From: an uncultured Bacteroidales bacterium
GTDB lineage: Bacteria; Bacteroidota; Bacteroidia; Bacteroidales; Bacteroidaceae
Assembly: GCA_902802285.1 (NCBI GenBank)
Contig: CADCLI010000001.1
Coordinates: forward strand, 4,010-68,009
Length of the DNA: 64,000 bases
Direction of reading: 5' to 3'
The notes under the pieces are model-generated. The model saw nothing but the letters and a program-made list of their open reading frames with translations. It did not search any database and was not told the DNA's origin. The position numbers and the translations under genes are program-made. This document shows, in pieces, positions 9,065 through 19,324 of this stretch (positions are counted from its first letter, which is position 1; each line of letters begins with the position of its first letter).

Positions 9065-11215
9065 ATGAAAAAAGATCATCTCTTTGAACTGGCCGAGAGT
9101 TACATTTCCCAGACGGGAATATCGGTCTTTCTGACCGGCCGTGCAGGTACCGGAAAAACTACATTCCTCAAGTACATTGTTGAGAACACGCCCAAGCGCT
9201 GCGTAGTGCTGGCGCCAACAGGTGTGGCCGCAATCAATGCGGGCGGCGTTACGATCCATTCATTTTTCCAACTGCCGCTGTGCCCTTATCTTCCCGATGT
9301 CAAGGAACTGGTTACAGAGTATCAGTTGCCCGAGGCTCGACGTCAGTTGCGCAAGGAGAAGGTCAAGATAATAAAGACGCTGGACCTGCTGATAATAGAT
9401 GAGATATCCATGGTCCGCGCAGACCTGTTGGATGCCGTTGATGCCGTTATGCGCAGATACAGACACAACAGCAAACCTTTTGGCGGAGTGCAGTTGCTCA
9501 TGATAGGCGATGCACACCAGCTTCCGCCAGTAGTTACCGAACAGGATGAGCCATGGCTCAAAAAGGTATATCAGTCGCCTTTCTTCTTTCATTCCAAGGT
9601 GATGCAGCAGCTCAAATACGTTACTATAGAACTGCAAACGGTTTATCGTCAATCAGATACATCATTCCTGGATATACTCAACAGCATCCGTGGCGGAGTG
9701 ATGGACAACGCTACCTACCGCATGCTCAACAGCCGCCTGGATCCGCGTTTCAACCCCGATGACAGCTTTGCGTCATCGGGCCAACGATGGATCCACCTTA
9801 CCACCCACAACCGTCAGGCCGACAACATCAACCAGGAGAAAATGAAGGCCCTGAAAACAAGGTTGTACACATTCTACGCAGAGATAGAGGGCAATTTCCC
9901 TGAAAATACGCTTCCCGCTGAAAAGGTGCTACAACTCAAGGAAGGCGCACAGGTAATGTTCCTGCGCAATGACTCCCGCGAGGGACGGTACTATAACGGA
10001 AAGATAGCCACCGTAACCTCCATAGACTATGATGACGGCATCATAGTGACCGATGAAAACGGCGATGAAATCAATGTCCCGATTGAAAAATGGGAGAATA
10101 TCCAGTATGAGATAGACAAAGATACCAAGGAGATTGTACCCAAAGTAGAGGGAACTTTCTCACAGTATCCGCTGCGTGCCGCATGGGCTGTCACCATCCA
10201 CAAAAGCCAGGGACTGACGTTTGACAATGTAATCATTGATGCGGCATCGGCCTTCAGTTTCGGACAGGTTTATGTAGCTCTTTCACGCTGCCGTACCCTT
10301 GAAGGAATTGTTCTGAGCAGCCCCATATCGCAGTCCTGCCTGTTCAACAACAGCGATGTATCCGGATTCCATGAGCAGTTCCTGCCGGTATCCGAAATGG
10401 AACGTCAGTTGGAGGCATCTCGTGCTGAGTATTTCATGAACATTCTCAAAGAGTGTTTTAGGTTCAGCGAACTTGAAAGGCTTACCGGATGGGCAGGCGG
10501 TATATTCAACAATCATCTTAAAAACACCTATCCTGAGCAGACCGCCAGGATGGAAGAGAATCGCCGCAAGATCAGGGATATTGAAAAAGTAGCCGAGGCG
10601 TTCCGCCGTGAGTTGGACCGCATCGGCCTTACCGACAAGGCTCATTTAGATGAAAGAGTGGGCAAAGCGGCAGGATATTTCCTTCCGATACTTATTGAAG
10701 TGGCATCGGATGTAACTCCGATTATGTCCGTATCCATCGACAATAAGGATGTAAAGAAATCTCTTACTGAAGCATCGGGCGAACTTTTACCGGAGCTCTC
10801 CATGCACCTGCTAAGTATGAGAGAGATTCTTGATAAAGGATTCACGATTGAGTCATATCTCCGGATAAGAAATGATGCCCTGTTGTCATCCAAGCCTAAG
10901 ACAACGGTCAAGAATATAAAGGAGCCCAAGCCCGTAAAGGAGAAGGTTGTCAAGACCAAGCCCACAATAGAGGAAATCTACTCCGACAACCGCCACCCCG
11001 AACTCATCCAGCCGCTTATAGACTGGCGCACCGAACAATACATATCCCAGAACATCCGCGCCTACTGGGTACTCACCCAACGTACCCTCCTGGAAATAGC
11101 CGACACCTGCCCATCGACCAAAGAGGAACTCCTGGCCGTAAACGGATTCGGCCCCGCCAAATGGAAACAGTACGGCCAGCAGATCCTGGACCTGATAGCC
11201 AATCACAAAAAATAG
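9065..11215 (+). CDS. SF1B Pif1/RecD-family DNA helicase with C-terminal HRDC domain
   Basis: Walker A GRAGTGKTT, Walker B IIDEISMV, GDAHQLPPV and VTIHKSQGLTFD. The last roughly 75 aa (IDWRTEQYISQNIRAYWVLTQRTLLEIADTCPSTKEELLAVNGFGPAKWKQYGQQILDLI) look like an HRDC domain. The ORF track starts at 9035; ATG 9065 (MKKDHLFELAE) is preferred. Confidence 0.85.
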   Translation: MKKDHLFELAESYISQTGISVFLTGRAGTGKTTFLKYIVENTPKRCVVLAPTGVAAINAGGVTIHSFFQLPLCPYLPDVKELVTEYQLPEARRQLRKEKVKIIKTLDLLIIDEISMVRADLLDAVDAVMRRYRHNSKPFGGVQLLMIGDAHQLPPVVTEQDEPWLKKVYQSPFFFHSKVMQQLKYVTIELQTVYRQSDTSFLDILNSIRGGVMDNATYRMLNSRLDPRFNPDDSFASSGQRWIHLTTHNRQADNINQEKMKALKTRLYTFYAEIEGNFPENTLPAEKVLQLKEGAQVMFLRNDSREGRYYNGKIATVTSIDYDDGIIVTDENGDEINVPIEKWENIQYEIDKDTKEIVPKVEGTFSQYPLRAAWAVTIHKSQGLTFDNVIIDAASAFSFGQVYVALSRCRTLEGIVLSSPISQSCLFNNSDVSGFHEQFLPVSEMERQLEASRAEYFMNILKECFRFSELERLTGWAGGIFNNHLKNTYPEQTARMEENRRKIRDIEKVAEAFRRELDRIGLTDKAHLDERVGKAAGYFLPILIEVASDVTPIMSVSIDNKDVKKSLTEASGELLPELSMHLLSMREILDKGFTIESYLRIRNDALLSSKPKTTVKNIKEPKPVKEKVVKTKPTIEEIYSDNRHPELIQPLIDWRTEQYISQNIRAYWVLTQRTLLEIADTCPSTKEELLAVNGFGPAKWKQYGQQILDLIANHKK

Positions 11216-11276
11216 TACAATTGGGGTCTGACCCCATTGGTACTATTTCATCTGATTACCTTAAAAACAATATACT

Positions 11277-12413
11277 ATGAAACAAATGATTCACTGTTGT
11301 TTCACCTCTCACCACGAGGTGATGTTCCGTTGCCCGCAGGATGTGGGTTTCTTCCTTAACTTGCTTGCACTAACTTCATGGAAGTACGGTGTTGTTATTT
11401 TTGCCGATACCGAAATGTCAAACCATGTTCATTTATTGTTGTTTTCATCGGATAAAACCGAGAGTAGGCTGTCTGTTGGACCATATTCAAAGACCGTTAT
11501 TAAGCCCGGTTTTGACCGGGATGGCAGCATCCTATACTCCGAATCCAACCAGTTGTCAGATTTTATTACTGCCTTAAGAAAGCGGTATACATGGTATTTC
11601 ACTCAAAAATACCTGCGTGACTGCGGCGGAAGAATGGGTGAAAAATACTACTTCTCACTGATTATTGAGGGTAATTATCACATGATTTCAGCTTGCAGTT
11701 ATGTGCTCAGGAACGGCCTTCATCATGGAGTTTCAGGCACTTCATTCATGTATCCCTATTCATCCATCAATGATATGTTCATTCCCGAATTGGGAAAAAC
11801 GGAGCGCCCATACCAGGGAAACCGTAACCCTGATGAATACCACAAAAACAGGGCCGGTCACTGGATAAAGACAATATCTTCCGGGAACAAATCCACCCAT
11901 GGATTGGTCTTTCCCAACGGTTATTCTCCCATCACCAGCCGCAATGCCATAAAACTCTATCTGCCCAGGTATTCCGAATGGCCCGATGACTGGGTAATGT
12001 CTCCTTCCGGAGTATTCCTGAGGCCTTGTTTCGAGCAGTTGCGTCAAACCGAACTTCTGTTTGTTTCGCCCGGAGCATTTGAATACAATATGTTCCGCAA
12101 GACCGATGAAAAATGGCTTGAAGAGCAGGAGCAGGACAGAAACGGTAAGCCCGCAATAAGCATTTCCGACATAGAGCCAATCCACAATGAAGATGCCGTC
12201 AAATCCTATATGTACAATGAAAAGGCTGCTACTTTCCGTAACTGTCGAAGCGACATAGATTTGTGCGGCATTATTGACCGATGCATACTCCCTGAATTCA
12301 AATCTCCATCCATATACCAGCTCAGCCGCGATAAGCGGGAATCCATCAAAAGGATTCTAATGAATGATTTCCATGTGTCCGACAGTCAGGCCTCCCGCTG
12401 CCTGTGGCTGTAA
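11277..12413 (+). CDS. HUH single-tyrosine (Y1) nuclease/transposase-like protein, IS200/RAYT-like N-terminal domain with an extra roughly 200-aa C-terminal region
   Basis: HUH motif MSNHVHLLLF. Downstream, LRKRYTWYFTQKY...G and ACSYVLRNGLHHGV...YPYSS match the remembered Y1_Tnp layout (Y-x-x-x-N-P/G). The gene is flanked by hairpin repeats, as RAYT genes are. Confidence 0.6.
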   Translation: MKQMIHCCFTSHHEVMFRCPQDVGFFLNLLALTSWKYGVVIFADTEMSNHVHLLLFSSDKTESRLSVGPYSKTVIKPGFDRDGSILYSESNQLSDFITALRKRYTWYFTQKYLRDCGGRMGEKYYFSLIIEGNYHMISACSYVLRNGLHHGVSGTSFMYPYSSINDMFIPELGKTERPYQGNRNPDEYHKNRAGHWIKTISSGNKSTHGLVFPNGYSPITSRNAIKLYLPRYSEWPDDWVMSPSGVFLRPCFEQLRQTELLFVSPGAFEYNMFRKTDEKWLEEQEQDRNGKPAISISDIEPIHNEDAVKSYMYNEKAATFRNCRSDIDLCGIIDRCILPEFKSPSIYQLSRDKRESIKRILMNDFHVSDSQASRCLWL

Positions 12414-12417
12414 CGCA

Positions 12418-12557
12418 AAAAATGGCCATACCTGCGTAAAATGGCCTTTAAAAGGCGGTTTTTTGCAAGTATGGCAGCGAAAACCCGGGTTTTGGCCATT
12501 TTTGGAGCCATACTTGCAGAGAATCGGGGCTACAACGCTTGTGGTGACAGGTATGGC
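12418..12557. repeat. 140-bp nested-hairpin repeat, right copy (inverted relative to 8846..8985)
   Basis: Hand alignment of its reverse complement to 8846..8985 shows near identity over the full 140 nt, including the asymmetric arms. The inverted orientation is therefore real and not an artefact of the internal palindrome. Confidence 0.85.
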
Positions 12558-12577
12558 CGCAAAAGGGCGCAGGGGGT

Positions 12578-12617
12578 AAAAAAACAACGGCCCGCAACAG
12601 GAAGCTGCGGACCGTTG
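12578..12617 (-). terminator. Intrinsic terminator of the CoA-transferase gene
   Basis: On the minus strand, caacggtccgcag...ctgcgggccgttg forms a 13-bp stem including G-U pairs, followed by a run of 7 U. It lies directly downstream of the stop codon at 12636. Confidence 0.7.
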
Positions 12618-12635
12618 ATAGTACAAAGGCCTAGA

Positions 12636-14117
12636 TTAGAACTCGGCCAGGTGCATGTCGCCCTTCTCGGCCAGGGCCTTGTGCAGGGCAAAGGCTTTGT
12701 CGAGAGCGTGGCTGGTCTGACCCTTCTGGGCTATCTTGAGGTAATCCCACATGAGTTGCTTGTAGTCGGGGTGCACGCAGTTCTCGATGATGCACTTGGC
12801 GCGCTCGGCGGGTGACTTGCCGCGAAGGTCGGCTATACCCTGCTCAGTTATGAGAACCTTGACGCTGTGCTCGTTGTGGTCCACGTGTGTGCACATGGGA
12901 ACGATGGCGCTTATCTTGCCTCCCTTTGCTACTGACGGGCAGCTGAATATTGATATGAATGCGTTACGGGTGAAATCGGCAGATCCGCCTACGCCGTTCA
13001 TCATCTTGACACCGCTTACGTGGGTTGAGTTCACATTGCCGTAGATATCGGCCTCAAGGGCGGTGTTCATTGCGATAAGACCCAGACGGCGGGCAACCTC
13101 GGGGCTGTTGGAAATCTCGGTAGGACGGAGCACCAGCTTGTCCTTGAAGAAATCCATATCATCGTAGATGCTCTGCAGGGTCTCGTTGCTTACGCTCAGT
13201 GATGAGCTGGAGCCGAACTTGCAGTGACCCTCACGCATCAGGTTGATAACTGAATCCTGGATGACCTCTGTGTACATCTGGAATGCGGGAACCGACGGAT
13301 CCTCACCCAGGGCTCCCAGTACGGCGTTTGCCACATTACCCACACCGCTCTGCAAGGGCAGGAAAGTTGAAGGGATGATGCCGCGCTTAAGGTCAGAGAT
13401 AAGGAACTGTGCTACGTTGTGACCAATCTGGAGGGTGGTCTCATCGGGGGCGGTGAATCCGCGGGCCTCGTCGGGGATATTGACCTCTACTATGCCGATG
13501 ATCTTGGCAGGATCTACCTGAATGTAGTCCTTACCTATGTGGTCGCTGGGCTGATATACGGGAATCTCGCGGCGGTAAGGAGGATCGGCGGGCTCGTAGA
13601 TATCGTGCAGACCCTTGGCGCAACGGGCGTGGGCTGCATTGAGTTCGATGATGAGCTTATCGGCCAGACGGGCTACAGTTGGAGCGATACCGACACCGGC
13701 GGTTACCCAGATCTTTCCGTCCTCACTTACATCGAATGCCTCCATGATGCCGATGTTGAGCTTACCGTAGAATCCGTAACGGAGTTCCTGTGCCATCTGA
13801 CTCAGGTTGATATCGTTGTAAGCGATTTCACCGTTATTAACGGCTGTGCGGAAATCCTTGTTTGTGGTATAAGGGGCGCGATAGCGGATAGCGTGCTCAC
13901 GTGACAGTATGCCGTCACATGAATCGCCGGTGGATGCACCGGTGAATATGCTTATCTGGAACTCCTTACCCTGCTCATGAAGCTCATGGGCCATTAAACC
14001 GATCTCATGTGTTACGGCCTTGGGGGTACCGGCGGGGGTGAATCCGCTCAGACCTACGTTGTCACCGTTCTTGACAAAGCGTGCTGCCTCGGCAGCAGTC
14101 ATTTTTTTGAAAGCCAT
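12636..14117 (-). CDS. Acetyl-CoA hydrolase/transferase family enzyme (succinate/acetate CoA-transferase type)
   Basis: 493 aa. Shows N-terminal MTAAEAARFVKNGDNVGLSGFTPAGTPKA, then SGVGNVANAVL and NGVGGSADF, typical of the AcetylCoA_hydro/AcetylCoA_hyd_C family. Confidence 0.8.
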   Translation of the reverse strand: MAFKKMTAAEAARFVKNGDNVGLSGFTPAGTPKAVTHEIGLMAHELHEQGKEFQISIFTGASTGDSCDGILSREHAIRYRAPYTTNKDFRTAVNNGEIAYNDINLSQMAQELRYGFYGKLNIGIMEAFDVSEDGKIWVTAGVGIAPTVARLADKLIIELNAAHARCAKGLHDIYEPADPPYRREIPVYQPSDHIGKDYIQVDPAKIIGIVEVNIPDEARGFTAPDETTLQIGHNVAQFLISDLKRGIIPSTFLPLQSGVGNVANAVLGALGEDPSVPAFQMYTEVIQDSVINLMREGHCKFGSSSSLSVSNETLQSIYDDMDFFKDKLVLRPTEISNSPEVARRLGLIAMNTALEADIYGNVNSTHVSGVKMMNGVGGSADFTRNAFISIFSCPSVAKGGKISAIVPMCTHVDHNEHSVKVLITEQGIADLRGKSPAERAKCIIENCVHPDYKQLMWDYLKIAQKGQTSHALDKAFALHKALAEKGDMHLAEF

Positions 14118-14225
14118 TGCAATATGTTTTTATACTTGTTTGATTTCTTTGGCTTAAAACCGCGCAAAAGTAAACAATACCTTAAACAAAAACAACTAAA
14201 TTCGCAGCCGATTAGACAAAGGGAT

Positions 14226-15557
<1,332 letters not shown>

Positions 15558-15639
15558 AAAAACTTAAAACTCTTGACAAGGGGTATCTCGGGGTATTATC
15601 TTTGCGGTCGCTTTGCGCGTAGCGCGTGCGTACTCATAT

Positions 15640-16548
15640 ATGACCTATCAGGAGTTCAAGCCTTGTCCGTTATGTGGCGCACCGGAACAGATTCCGTTTG
15701 CCGGTTGCACTGATTTCATGGTAAGCAAGGAGTCATACACTCTCATGCGATGCCTCTCCTGCGGAGTGGTCTATACCCTGGATCCTCCTTCGGAAGAAGA
15801 GATGAAACGGTATGACAAGCTCAACCAGAAGCTAAAACTGGGTGAATCTCCCAGCGGACTTATCGGAAAACTCTATTTCAGAGTGAGGAACCATATGCTC
15901 AGACGCAAGGCAAAACTGGTGGAGACTCAGGCTTACCGCACAAACGGCTCCCTGCTCAACTACGGCGCAAAAACAGGTTTCTTCTCAAACAGGATGGAGA
16001 GACGCGGATGGAAAGTGACATCGGTAGAAAAATATCATGAAGAGAGGCTTTTCTCACTGGAGATGTTCCATCACCGCATGATTGATATCCCCGAGATGGA
16101 GAATCTCCATGACGGAACTTTTGATGTCATAACACTATGGCATGTGTTTGAACACTGCCACGACCCCAACGGACTTCTGGACCGGTTCTACAAGTTGCTC
16201 AGACCGGGAGGCATACTGATAATGGCATGCCCCAACATCCAGTCTACCGATGCGATGCACTACGGCCCCTACTGGGCTGCCTATGATGTACCGAGACACT
16301 TGTGGCATTTCTGCCCGAGTTCCATCAGCGGGCTGGCCTTAAGACACGGATTTACGCTGATGCACCACGAGAGGCTTCCGTTTGACAGTTTCTACATATC
16401 TGTCCTCTCCGAGAAGAGCATGAGGCACAGAATGGCATTCATTCGCGGCATGGCGGTAGGATTCCGTTCATGGATGGTTTCATTGACCAGGCGCGGCAAA
16501 AGCAGTTCGCTGGTTTACGTATTCAGAAAAAGACAAGAAACAGAGTGA
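15640..16548 (+). CDS. Class I SAM-dependent methyltransferase with N-terminal Cys4 zinc ribbon
   Basis: CPLCGA...CLSCG followed by a Methyltransf_23-like core (LLNYGAKTG, FDVITLWHVFEH, LRPGGILIMACPN). ATG 15640 is preferred over the TTG at 15613. Confidence 0.7.
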   Translation: MTYQEFKPCPLCGAPEQIPFAGCTDFMVSKESYTLMRCLSCGVVYTLDPPSEEEMKRYDKLNQKLKLGESPSGLIGKLYFRVRNHMLRRKAKLVETQAYRTNGSLLNYGAKTGFFSNRMERRGWKVTSVEKYHEERLFSLEMFHHRMIDIPEMENLHDGTFDVITLWHVFEHCHDPNGLLDRFYKLLRPGGILIMACPNIQSTDAMHYGPYWAAYDVPRHLWHFCPSSISGLALRHGFTLMHHERLPFDSFYISVLSEKSMRHRMAFIRGMAVGFRSWMVSLTRRGKSSSLVYVFRKRQETE

Positions 16549-16549
16549 T

Positions 16550-17422
16550 ATGGTTAAACAAAAGAAAAAAAGGAAAATAGACCTTCTGTTTATAACAGCC
16601 TGCATCAGCACGTCCCTGGTGCTGCTGCTCATAGGTATTGTAGCATTACTGCTTATAACGGCCAATGACCTGTCACGCCATCTCAAACAGGAGATGACGG
16701 TTGAGGTTATTCTGAAGGAGAGCATTACCGACACACAGTTTTCGGCACTCAGGCGCAGCATTGAGGCTTCACCTTATTGCGCCGTCTGCTCTTACATATC
16801 AAAGGAAGACGCCCTTAAGGACATGACCAAGGCTATGGGGACAGACCCGTCACAGTTCCTGGAGTACAACCCGTTCTATGCTTCACTCAACATCCGTCTG
16901 GAACCCCAATACGCCTGCAGCGACAGTCTGAAACTGATAGAGAAGAGAATATCCGCTTATGAGGGTGTACGTGAGGTTTCCTGGCAGAAAGACCTGCTGG
17001 ACATAATAAACAGCAACATCCGCAAGGTGGCCGGCATACTTCTCATTCTTGCACTCATACTCTCCCTGGTTTCGTTCACACTGATAAACAACACCATAAA
17101 ACTTACCATCTACTCCCAGCGTTTCATCCTGTATTCAATGAAACTGGTCGGCGCCAAATGGTCTTTCATACGCAAACCGTTCATCAGCAGGAATCTGTGG
17201 ATAGGTCTGGCATCATCTGCCCTGACCTGCCTGATGCTGTGGTACGGTATAAGGCTTGGACTCAAATATGAGCCTTGGCTGATCATGCTTTCAGAGCCCA
17301 AGATCATTATCCCCGTATTCATCATAGTCACGCTGATAGGACTACTCATAACCGGCGTATGCGCCCTCCATTCAGTGAACCGTTTTCTGCGTATGAAATC
17401 GGGTGAACTGCATTATGTCTGA
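16550..17422 (+). CDS. ftsX: Cell division protein FtsX-like permease
   Basis: 290 aa. The layout is N-terminal TM, periplasmic domain, then three C-terminal TMs. It lies in the ftsX-DUF3098-uppP-truB-queA arrangement, which I remember as conserved in Bacteroidetes. Confidence 0.7.
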   Translation: MVKQKKKRKIDLLFITACISTSLVLLLIGIVALLLITANDLSRHLKQEMTVEVILKESITDTQFSALRRSIEASPYCAVCSYISKEDALKDMTKAMGTDPSQFLEYNPFYASLNIRLEPQYACSDSLKLIEKRISAYEGVREVSWQKDLLDIINSNIRKVAGILLILALILSLVSFTLINNTIKLTIYSQRFILYSMKLVGAKWSFIRKPFISRNLWIGLASSALTCLMLWYGIRLGLKYEPWLIMLSEPKIIIPVFIIVTLIGLLITGVCALHSVNRFLRMKSGELHYV

Positions 17423-17439
17423 CAAATAATTTTTTCTGT

Positions 17440-17691
17440 ATGGATAAGAACAAATTCGCTTTTACAAGAACCAATTACATTCTGACTGCTGTCGGAATGG
17501 CTGTAATCATCATCGGACTGCTCCTTATGACCGGTCCAAACAGTACCAATGATTTCTTTGAACCCGATATTTTCAGCGTCCGCCGCGTCAAGGTGGCCCC
17601 GGTAGTAACCCTTATCGGATTCATAACGGTAATAGTGGCCATCGCCTACAAGCCCAAAACCGATAAAAAAGAGGAGGAGAAAACAGAATGA
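17440..17691 (+). CDS. Small two-TM membrane protein (DUF3098-like)
   Basis: 83 aa with two hydrophobic helices and a Lys/Glu-rich tail. Overlaps uppP by 4 nt. Confidence 0.55.
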   Translation: MDKNKFAFTRTNYILTAVGMAVIIIGLLLMTGPNSTNDFFEPDIFSVRRVKVAPVVTLIGFITVIVAIAYKPKTDKKEEEKTE

Positions 17692-18509
17692 GCTGGCTTG
17701 AATCACTCTTACTCGGCCTGTTGCAGGGGCTTACCGAATACCTGCCCATAAGCAGCAGCGGACACCTGGCTATAGCCTCATCCCTGTTCGGTATAGACGG
17801 AGAGCAGAATATGGCCTTTACGGTATTGGTGCATGTGGCAACCGTACTGAGCACTCTGGTGATCCTTTGGAAAGAGATTGTATGGATACTGCGTGACCTT
17901 TTCACCCGTCAGAGTTGGAAAAGTTACAGCGGACTCAATGAAGGAACCCGATATGCTATAAACATCCTTATCTCAATGATTCCGGTAGGAATCGTAGGAA
18001 TTTTTTTCAAGGACAGGATTGAATCGATATTCGGTTCGGGGACAACAGTCGTAGGCTGCTGTCTGCTTGTGACCGCTGCCCTGCTAACATTCTCATACTA
18101 TGCCAAACCGCGTCAGAGAGAACAGATCAGCGGCTGGCATGCCTTCATTATCGGAATCGCCCAGGCTGTAGCGGTTCTGCCGGGCATATCACGTTCCGGC
18201 TCCACTATCGCCACAGGTATAATGCTGGGAAACAAGAAGGAACGTCTGGCACAGTTCTCATTCCTGATGGTTATACCGCCTATCCTTGGCGAGGCATTGC
18301 TGGATATGAAAGACCTGATTGAGTCGGCAGGCTCTAGTGCCGCCGGCACTGATGCGGGTTTCGGTGTTCTGGCCATCGGGTTCGTGGCTGCATTCCTTTC
18401 CGGGTGTGCCGCCTGCAAGTGGATGATATCAATTGTGCGCAAGGGCAAACTCATATGGTTCGGCATCTACTGCGCTCTGGCAGGAATATTAACTCTTCTG
18501 TTCCTTTAA
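17688..18509 (+). CDS. uppP: Undecaprenyl-diphosphate phosphatase
   Basis: [14 protein letters not shown] and [10 protein letters not shown] motifs, on a polytopic membrane protein. Confidence 0.9.
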   Translation: MSWLESLLLGLLQGLTEYLPISSSGHLAIASSLFGIDGEQNMAFTVLVHVATVLSTLVILWKEIVWILRDLFTRQSWKSYSGLNEGTRYAINILISMIPVGIVGIFFKDRIESIFGSGTTVVGCCLLVTAALLTFSYYAKPRQREQISGWHAFIIGIAQAVAVLPGISRSGSTIATGIMLGNKKERLAQFSFLMVIPPILGEALLDMKDLIESAGSSAAGTDAGFGVLAIGFVAAFLSGCAACKWMISIVRKGKLIWFGIYCALAGILTLLFL

Positions 18510-18512
18510 CTT

Positions 18513-19277
18513 ATGAACTTTGAAGAGGGTGTGATACTGGCTTTCGACAAACCTTACCGCTGGACATCGTTTAATGTGGTGGGTAAGGTCAGATGGCTTA
18601 TATGCCGCCGCCTGGGAGTGAAGAGACTGAAGGTGGGACATGCCGGAACCCTGGACCCTCTTGCCACGGGAGTACTGATTGTATGTACCGGGCGTGCCAC
18701 TAAACGCATTGAGGAACTGCAGTCAGGAACCAAAGAGTATTACGCCACGATACGTCTGGGAGCGACAACCCCGTCATATGACCTGGAGAAACCCATAGAC
18801 GCCACCTATCCCACCGGACACATCACCCGTGAAATGGTGGAACAGGTTCTGGAACGTTTCAGAGGTACCATCCAGCAGGTACCGCCCACATTCTCGGCCT
18901 GTAAGGTGGACGGCAAGCGCGCATATAAGATGGCCCGTCAGGGCGATGAGGTTGAACTCAAGCCCAAGACCCTGGTCATCGATGAACTGGAGCTGACCGA
19001 CTGCAACCTGCCGGATATAACCATCCGCGTGGTGTGCAGTAAAGGGACGTACATAAGGGCTTTGGCACGAGACATCGGTCAGGCGCTGGAGAGCGGAGGA
19101 CATCTGATTGCCTTAAGGCGTACCCGTGTGGGTGACTACAAGGTTGAGGATTGCCTGAACCCTGAAAAATTCACGGAGTGGCTGGACACCATTGAAATTG
19201 AGAATTTTTGGAGCAGTGAGAGGAGAGAAAGTTTACTTTCTATCCCGAATCGCGACAAAAATCATGGAACGAAGTGA
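18513..19277 (+). CDS. truB: tRNA pseudouridine(55) synthase
   Basis: The catalytic motif KVGHAGTLDPLATGVL is present. The last approximately 27 codons and the stop codon are encoded by the dispersed repeat at 19196..19298. Confidence 0.9.
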   Translation: MNFEEGVILAFDKPYRWTSFNVVGKVRWLICRRLGVKRLKVGHAGTLDPLATGVLIVCTGRATKRIEELQSGTKEYYATIRLGATTPSYDLEKPIDATYPTGHITREMVEQVLERFRGTIQQVPPTFSACKVDGKRAYKMARQGDEVELKPKTLVIDELELTDCNLPDITIRVVCSKGTYIRALARDIGQALESGGHLIALRRTRVGDYKVEDCLNPEKFTEWLDTIEIENFWSSERRESLLSIPNRDKNHGTK

Positions 19278-19298
19278 CATAATTGAGAATTGAGAATT
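19196..19298. repeat. Dispersed roughly 100-nt repeat with (GAGAATT)n tail, copy 1
   Basis: A 78-nt core (19196-19273) is identical to the reverse complement of 47817-47894. Similarity continues with 2 mismatches and 1 indel to 19298, which ends in aattgagaattgagaatt. Confidence 0.85.
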
Positions 19299-19324
19299 AA
19301 ATAACTATAAATACAAAAAAGGGA

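Larger units (their letters stand above)
8846..12557 (+). mobile_element. Candidate inverted-repeat-bounded two-gene cassette (Pif1-like helicase + HUH/Y1 nuclease)
   Basis: The two repeat copies are in inverted orientation. One lies 80 nt upstream of the helicase ATG and the other 5 nt after the HUH gene stop. No target-site duplication was seen, so mobility is unproven. Confidence 0.3.

Noticed and set aside
12357-12815. ORFs 12357..12626(-), 12364..12579(+) and 12441..12815(+) spanning the right 140-bp repeat.
   Set aside because: They are generated by the repeat and the terminator region. They overlap the 3' ends of two well-supported genes. Mirror-image open frames would be expected at the left copy purely from the palindromic sequence.
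15624-15636. Shared 9-mer cgtgcgtac between the ytrA-operon dyad (8824-8836) and the region upstream of the methyltransferase gene.
   Set aside because: A single 9-nt match in 64 kb searched on both strands is expected by chance, and there is no dyad at the second site.
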